Below are positions 51,837-56,908 of a DNA stretch of 56,908 bases, piece after piece (position 1 is the stretch's first letter; each line of letters begins with the position of its first letter). The stretch covers positions 1 through 56,908 of IMG/VR virus record IMGVR_UViG_3300022413_000013; one strand, 5' to 3'. The DNA comes from a virus (lineage: Duplodnaviria > Caudoviricetes). The notes under the pieces are model-generated. The model had not been told where the DNA came from. It saw only the letters and a program-made list of their open reading frames with translations, and made no database searches. The translations under genes were made by a program, and so were the position numbers.

Positions 51837-54800
51837 CCAATCTCCGCAAGAATATCAAGCGCAGCATTGGTCGCCCGCGATGGAACCGAGGCGTCGAGCG
51901 CCGTAATCCGCCTTTTCATGCGCTCGGTTTCGGCGCGGTCCACGCCCTCGATGATGAAGACCTTGACCTCTTTGCGGCCCAAGCCGACGGCGTTGACACT
52001 CAGTCCGGCCGGCCCCTCGGCGAGCGGCAACAGCCCCTCTTTGCCGGCTTCGCCCGCGAGGCCTAGTTCGCTGGTCGGCGTGACGTTCGCGAGATTGCCC
52101 AGAATCGTCGGCTCTGGGAGGACTGTTCCGCGCCGGAACCTACCACCCGCCAGCCCATCGCCTAGAAGCGACGTCGGCCCGTCGATCACGGCGCCTTCGG
52201 CGAAGCCGAACGCCTTGCCGATTTTCTTGCCGACACTCTTGATTCCACCGCCGACCGACTTGGCAATGCCGCCGATGGCGCTGCCTACGCCGCCGACCGA
52301 GCTGGTGATGCCTCCGAGAATCCCGCCGACCTGACTTGCCGCTGACGACGCCGCGGAGATGATAGAGCCGAAGGCCGAAGACGCCGCGCCAGCTAGTGCG
52401 CCGAAGACGGATGCGCCGACGCTGGCTATAGAATTCAAGGCCCCTGTGACAACCCCGCCCATGGCAGAGGCGGCGCTAGAAATGGCGCTGAAGGCGCCGG
52501 ACGCGACGCTGGCGATCGAACTGAAGACGGACGACGCGACACTCGCTAGCGTGTTGAAGATGCCCGTGAGAGCGCTGCCCATCGCCGACGCAGCACTGGT
52601 AATTGCGCTAAAAGCCGAGCTGGCGGCGCTGGTGATCGTGCTAAATGCCGAGGTTGCAACGCTTGTGATCGTGCTGAAGATCGAAGAGGCCACGCTAGCC
52701 AGCGTGTTGAAAATGCCGGTGATCACGCTACCCATGGCGCTAGCGGCGCTAGAAAGAGCGCTAAAAGCCGCGCTTCCGACCGACTCTATCAAGTCCCATG
52801 TGAACGTTGCGACATCGCCTAGCGTGCCGAACACATCGACTCCGGCGAGTTCGAGCAACCCAAGAGCGCCGACAACGCCGGCAATGCTTGCCGTAACCGG
52901 GTTGCTTAGTATGCCTGCCAATCCGAGGCTCGACGTCCCTATGCTTCCCATAGCGCCGGTACCAGCCGCGCCCGTTGCGCCGAACTGCGGAATGAGACCG
53001 CCGAGGCTTCCGAAAAGCGTTCCAGCCCCGCCGGTACCGCCGCCGAAACCGAGAATCCTTATCACGCTATCGATGGCGCCGAAAATACCGCCGCCGCCAG
53101 TGCCGCCGCCGAATGCGTTGATAGCGATATCTGCAAAATCGAAGATCGCGCCGCCAGCTTGCTCTGTCGCGTCGCCCCACCCAAGGCCAAAAAAGTCGAG
53201 GGTCGCGCCGACGATGTCGCTAATCGTGTCGAAGTTTCTGTCTACGAGGCCGACAAAGTCCTCGACGATCGGGCCGACCTTTTTCCCGAAGACGTCCTCG
53301 AACCCGATGCCGATGAAGTCGAGCACGTCCCTCGTGAGGTCCGACACTGACTCGACGTCGATTTCGCGAATCGTTTGATTGACGCCTTCGAAAGTGACTT
53401 CGAATTGATTGCCTAGGGCAGGCAGATCGCCCGCTAGGCTGTTAACCGCGAAACCGAGCCCGCTGATCGACCCTTCAAGGTTGCCGGCCGCTCCCGAGCT
53501 ATCGCCCATGATGCCGGACAGGTCGCCGGCGCTGTCGGAAAGGTCTTCAATGCTGCGTGTGGCGTCCGACGCGCTGTCGTCGAGCGCTTCAATCTCTTCG
53601 GCCGCTTCTTCGGCCTTCTCGCCGAGCCCGACGAACGATTTGACCGAATCGGGAAGAATGCTTAGCAAGCCGTCGAGCGCATCCTTGGCTTTGTCGATCG
53701 CGCCCGTGAACGTGTCCTCTATCGCGTCGCCGATTCTGGTGAAAACGGCGGTAATCCCGCCGGCCTCGCGGACCAAGTCCCTAAATCGCTCGACGAGGGC
53801 AAGAACGCTCTTGCCCAGCTTGATAAAGAAATCGTCGATCGGCTTGACGGCCTTGTCGATATCGATGAAGCCGCCGCTTAGGCGCTTAATGGCGTCCGAC
53901 GCCTGCCCGCCGATGAAATTGAAGAACCCGGCAAAAACCCCGTTGGACTCGTTGATGCTGTCGGTTAGCTCATTCAGCGAGTCCGCGGCCGCATCGAAGA
54001 TGCCTCGGAGGGCGTCCGTTGCGCCAGCGTCGCCGATCGCCTGAATCAGGCCAGAGAAGGCCGACGTCGAGCCGGCGATCGACGCCGTCAACGAATCGTT
54101 GAGAGTGTCCGAGATTCGCTTTGTGGTCCCGTCAGCGTTTTCAAGCGCTGTTCGAAGCTTGTCGACCGAGCCGACATTTTTGGTAAGCACGGAAGCCGCC
54201 GCCGCCGCTTCCCGGCCGAAGATCTTGGATGTTTCCGCAACCCCGATTTGCGCTTCGTTCAACGCTTTAAAAGCGCCAACAATGCCGACCTTTTCGGGGT
54301 TGACATCTTCGAGTTTCAACCCGAGCGACTGGATAGCGTCGCGGGCATTTTTCGAAGGATCGACCAGCGACAGAATAATCGCGCGTAGCGCTGTGCCGGC
54401 TTGCTCGCCTTGAATGCTGTTGTCGCCCAGCACGGCGACCGCTGCCGAAACCTCTTCGAGCGAAGAGCCTGCGGCGTTCGCGACCGGCGCGACCTGGCGA
54501 AGCGAAACCGCCAATTGCTCGAAGTTGATGTTCCCGCTGACCAAGGCTTTAGACATGATGTCGGCGGCCTCGCCCGCTGCTTTCGATGACTCTCCAAACG
54601 CCGAGATGGTATTCGTTAAAACGTCGGCCGCGCGAGATAGAGGTACACTCGAAGCCGCTGCAAGCCGTAAGCTCACTGGCAACAAGTCGAGAATTTCGTT
54701 CGTTTTCAGTCCGGCTTGGCCTAGGAAAACGATGGCGTCGGCGGCCTCTTTCGAGCTAAAGCGAGATGTGCGGCCAAGCTCTAGCGCCGCCGTTTTGAGC

Positions 54801-55144
54801 GACGCAAACTGGCCTTCGGTCGCCTGCGTGACAGCACGCGCCCGCTGCATTGATTGATCGAAGCCCTTAAGCTCATCGATCACTTGACCGAACGAAAAAC
54901 CAGCGACCAGGCCGACAAGATTGGCTTTCAGGAACCCGGCGCCAGCACCAGCGGTGCGCATGCCCGTGTTGAGCTTGCCGGTTTCCTTTGTGGTGTTGGC
55001 AATGCCTTTCGTGTTCGAAAAGGACTTGTCGAGCGAAGCGCCGGTTTTCCTCCCTTCAGCCTCAACTTGATCCAAGCCCCTGCGAATTTGCAGAACGCCC
55101 TTCTCGAACTGGCTAACGTCGAATTCTTGAACGAGGGTAGGCAT
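51833..55144 (-). CDS. Tape measure protein (TP901 family)
   Basis: 1103 aa, AGTALR core, 11-aa periodic Ala/Ser repeats, FA-x-G...AGEAGKE C-terminus. Confidence 0.93.
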   Translation of the reverse strand: MPTLVQEFDVSQFEKGVLQIRRGLDQVEAEGRKTGASLDKSFSNTKGIANTTKETGKLNTGMRTAGAGAGFLKANLVGLVAGFSFGQVIDELKGFDQSMQRARAVTQATEGQFASLKTAALELGRTSRFSSKEAADAIVFLGQAGLKTNEILDLLPVSLRLAAASSVPLSRAADVLTNTISAFGESSKAAGEAADIMSKALVSGNINFEQLAVSLRQVAPVANAAGSSLEEVSAAVAVLGDNSIQGEQAGTALRAIILSLVDPSKNARDAIQSLGLKLEDVNPEKVGIVGAFKALNEAQIGVAETSKIFGREAAAAASVLTKNVGSVDKLRTALENADGTTKRISDTLNDSLTASIAGSTSAFSGLIQAIGDAGATDALRGIFDAAADSLNELTDSINESNGVFAGFFNFIGGQASDAIKRLSGGFIDIDKAVKPIDDFFIKLGKSVLALVERFRDLVREAGGITAVFTRIGDAIEDTFTGAIDKAKDALDGLLSILPDSVKSFVGLGEKAEEAAEEIEALDDSASDATRSIEDLSDSAGDLSGIMGDSSGAAGNLEGSISGLGFAVNSLAGDLPALGNQFEVTFEGVNQTIREIDVESVSDLTRDVLDFIGIGFEDVFGKKVGPIVEDFVGLVDRNFDTISDIVGATLDFFGLGWGDATEQAGGAIFDFADIAINAFGGGTGGGGIFGAIDSVIRILGFGGGTGGAGTLFGSLGGLIPQFGATGAAGTGAMGSIGTSSLGLAGILSNPVTASIAGVVGALGLLELAGVDVFGTLGDVATFTWDLIESVGSAAFSALSSAASAMGSVITGIFNTLASVASSIFSTITSVATSAFSTITSAASSAFSAITSAASAMGSALTGIFNTLASVASSVFSSIASVASGAFSAISSAASAMGGVVTGALNSIASVGASVFGALAGAASSAFGSIISAASSAASQVGGILGGITSSVGGVGSAIGGIAKSVGGGIKSVGKKIGKAFGFAEGAVIDGPTSLLGDGLAGGRFRRGTVLPEPTILGNLANVTPTSELGLAGEAGKEGLLPLAEGPAGLSVNAVGLGRKEVKVFIIEGVDRAETERMKRRITALDASVPSRATNAALDILAEIG

Positions 55145-55506
55145 TAGCCGAATCTCCCCGCAACCGAGGCGACCGCCGGGTCAAGTATCCCTTGCGGCGC
55201 TTGCGGCGAGCTGCCCTCATCGAGAAAAACGATGTACTCGACAGAGTTGTGAATGAAGACATTGCCTTTCCCGACGGTCCAGGCATTGCCGCGAGACGTG
55301 TTCGGCCGGCCGGTCGACGTCGATGGCGTCGGCCTAAAGCTGCCGAAAGACATAATCCAGCCGCCACGAGCGCGACCTGTGTCTACAGGCGTTCGCGAGA
55401 CGATCGCTTGATCGGCGCCGACGATGAACCGGCGGAACTCTCCCTCGATCCCGCGCTCGGTTTCCCTTATCGCAATCTCTTTGCCGACCATCTTAATAGG
55501 CATCAT
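55144..55506 (-). CDS. Tail completion protein (HK97 gp10-like)
   Basis: TPVDTGRARGGW, N-x-x-x-Y-x-x-x-L-x-x-GSS-x-QAP-x-G. Confidence 0.85.
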   Translation of the reverse strand: MMPIKMVGKEIAIRETERGIEGEFRRFIVGADQAIVSRTPVDTGRARGGWIMSFGSFRPTPSTSTGRPNTSRGNAWTVGKGNVFIHNSVEYIVFLDEGSSPQAPQGILDPAVASVAGRFG

Positions 55507-55937
55507 TGATATCTCGGCAGGTCAAAAAGGAAGATCAGCGACAAGCGCTTATGCTCGAAGCCCGTTGGCGTGTGGGGGAAGTCGCGAATCAAGATCTCGA
55601 CGTCGTCGACGCCTGAAGGAAAGGTCATCGAGCGAAGCGCGTTGTGTGCGTCGTCGGCGAGCGCATCGACGTCGAACATAGTCCCGAGGTCGTCGCCATC
55701 GAACGGCGCATAACAATCGACCGTCATTAGGCTTGAAACTTCGTCCCGGATCGAAACCGCTCGATTCCGGCCCCCTTGGTTGGTCACCATGACCTTGACC
55801 CAGAGCGACTGAGGCTCGCTAAAGGCTTTCGGCGGGAAGTGGGTTTGCGTCGCGTGCGACCAGGTCGGCCGAAGAACGTCCCAGCGATCGACGAAGGCGC
55901 CGAGCACGCCGGTTCGGATTGCCGCGAATGTGGCCAT
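55503..55937 (-). CDS. Tail terminator-like protein
   Basis: Size and position within the neck genes. Confidence 0.65.
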   Translation of the reverse strand: MATFAAIRTGVLGAFVDRWDVLRPTWSHATQTHFPPKAFSEPQSLWVKVMVTNQGGRNRAVSIRDEVSSLMTVDCYAPFDGDDLGTMFDVDALADDAHNALRSMTFPSGVDDVEILIRDFPHTPTGFEHKRLSLIFLFDLPRYQ

Positions 55938-55940
55938 GGC

Positions 55941-56318
55941 TTAGGCCCTCATCGCTACGAAATAGGCTAATGCCGTGTCGCCAGGCTTCAGAGAGCGCGT
56001 CGAAACGATTTCATACGTCTGAGTGCCGTCGACGAGCTTGTCGCCTTCCTCTGGCTCTACAGCGCCGTCTATGATGATCAGCGTATCGCTCGACTTGACT
56101 CTCGTGTCTTCTCGAAAGGCGTCGGCAAGCGTCGCGCTGGCGGTCTGATCCGCAACCGCCTTGATCGACGTCGAGGTGCTGTCAACCGCCGTGCCGCCCT
56201 GCCATGGCTTGCCGGCCGTCGTCGACGTCGAGCCCTTTTTCGTGAGTGTGACCGAGCGCCCGAATTTCTCGATCAGCCGAGTCGCGGTGGCGGCCAGGCT
56301 GCTATAATCAAACGCCAT
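55941..56318 (-). CDS. Head-closure/neck protein
   Basis: Y-x-x-L-x-x-TA-x-RLI-x-KFG...PGDT motif. Confidence 0.75.
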   Translation of the reverse strand: MAFDYSSLAATATRLIEKFGRSVTLTKKGSTSTTAGKPWQGGTAVDSTSTSIKAVADQTASATLADAFREDTRVKSSDTLIIIDGAVEPEEGDKLVDGTQTYEIVSTRSLKPGDTALAYFVAMRA

Positions 56319-56322
56319 GGCA

Positions 56323-56832
56323 TTACGCCCTCATCAACCGCGAGCCTCGGATAACAAGCTCTTTGATCCGCCGATCGGCTTCCGGGTATTTGCGAAAAGT
56401 TTGCTGGACTCCGCTTTGGCCGTACTCGGTTTCTTCGACGAGCGGTCCGACGCGCTCGACCTTGCGCACGACATGGCCGCCCCTGTCGTCGAAGGTCGGA
56501 TCGGGCGCCAAGCGGGCGCCTAGCGAGCGATACGCATAGAAAGCGCACGCCTCTTGAACTTCGATAGGGACGTTGTCGGCGATCCGGCCGTCGCTGTAGT
56601 AGGCTTCGGAGCGCGGCCAATCGAGCGCCTGCGTCGTCAGCTTGCGATAGCCGACGAAAGTAAAACGCGTATCGAGATAGCGCGTCGCGCGCTGTATAGC
56701 GTTTTGCTGAACAGTATCGTTATAAAGAACGATGCCAAGGCCTTCGACTTCCATTAGCTCTTGAAAGAACGCAAGCGTGCAATAAGCGGTCGCCGTCGCT
56801 GATCCGGTTCCGGTTTCTACAACAAACGGCAT
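56323..56832 (-). CDS. Head-tail adaptor (DnaT-like ssDNA-binding annotation family)
   Basis: VETGTG...ATRYLD...QALDWPR...VGPL-x-x-x-x-EY. Confidence 0.8.
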   Translation of the reverse strand: MPFVVETGTGSATATAYCTLAFFQELMEVEGLGIVLYNDTVQQNAIQRATRYLDTRFTFVGYRKLTTQALDWPRSEAYYSDGRIADNVPIEVQEACAFYAYRSLGARLAPDPTFDDRGGHVVRKVERVGPLVEETEYGQSGVQQTFRKYPEADRRIKELVIRGSRLMRA

Positions 56833-56894
56833 TGTTTATTATGCGCCTTCTGTGTCCTGGCCTAGTAAGACCTCGCGATCAAAATTAGGCCACG
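56769..56894. repeat. Terminal direct repeat, copy 2
   Basis: Identical to 1-126. Confidence 0.95.
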
Positions 56895-56908
56895 ACACAG
56901 AAGGCGCA

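Noticed and set aside
52300-52800. Periodic DNA repeats in the tape measure gene
   Set aside because: Ordinary 11-residue helical periodicity of tape measure proteins
52359-53378. Long antisense ORFs (also 23405-24436, 579-1301 and many others)
   Set aside because: Shadow frames of high-GC coding genes, with no SD, motifs or operon fit
56895-56908. Hairpin telomere of an N15-like linear phage-plasmid
   Set aside because: No protelomerase recognised, the fold-back is only 14-15 nt, and it interrupts a structural gene that is intact at the other end

Overview
The window is a complete, circularly permuted genome (unit length 56,768 bp; bases 1-126 recur at 56769-56894) of a high-GC, siphovirus-like tailed phage. 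The host is probably an alphaproteobacterium, inferred from a GapR/DUF2312-like gene, RHH_4 proteins, GANTC clustering and an A29-U41 initiator tRNA. It carries head genes (TerS, TerL, portal, Mu-F-like minor head, scaffold, P22-type coat) and tail genes, with the tube, chaperone and hub genes displaced to the opposite strand. It also has a split lysis cassette, a lambda O/P-like replication pair with an intragenic iteron origin, YqaJ/Bet recombination genes, a tyrosine recombinase and a tRNA-Met(CAT). The most unusual aspect is the maintenance and lifestyle apparatus. The origin carries 10 GANTC (CcrM) sites in about 140 bp. There is a ParA-RHH partition pair with nearby CCTAG repeats and a second ParA with a histone-like tail. 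The cro switch region has three operators but no adjacent cI, and a recombinase-adjacent palindrome mimics the anticodon loop of the phage's own tRNA. Accessory cargo includes an outer-membrane beta-barrel, a GH56 hyaluronidase-like glycosidase, a sulfotransferase, an HslV-like protease inside the head operon and a fibre protein with 13 internal repeats. All family assignments come from motif recognition by eye; no database searches were run.
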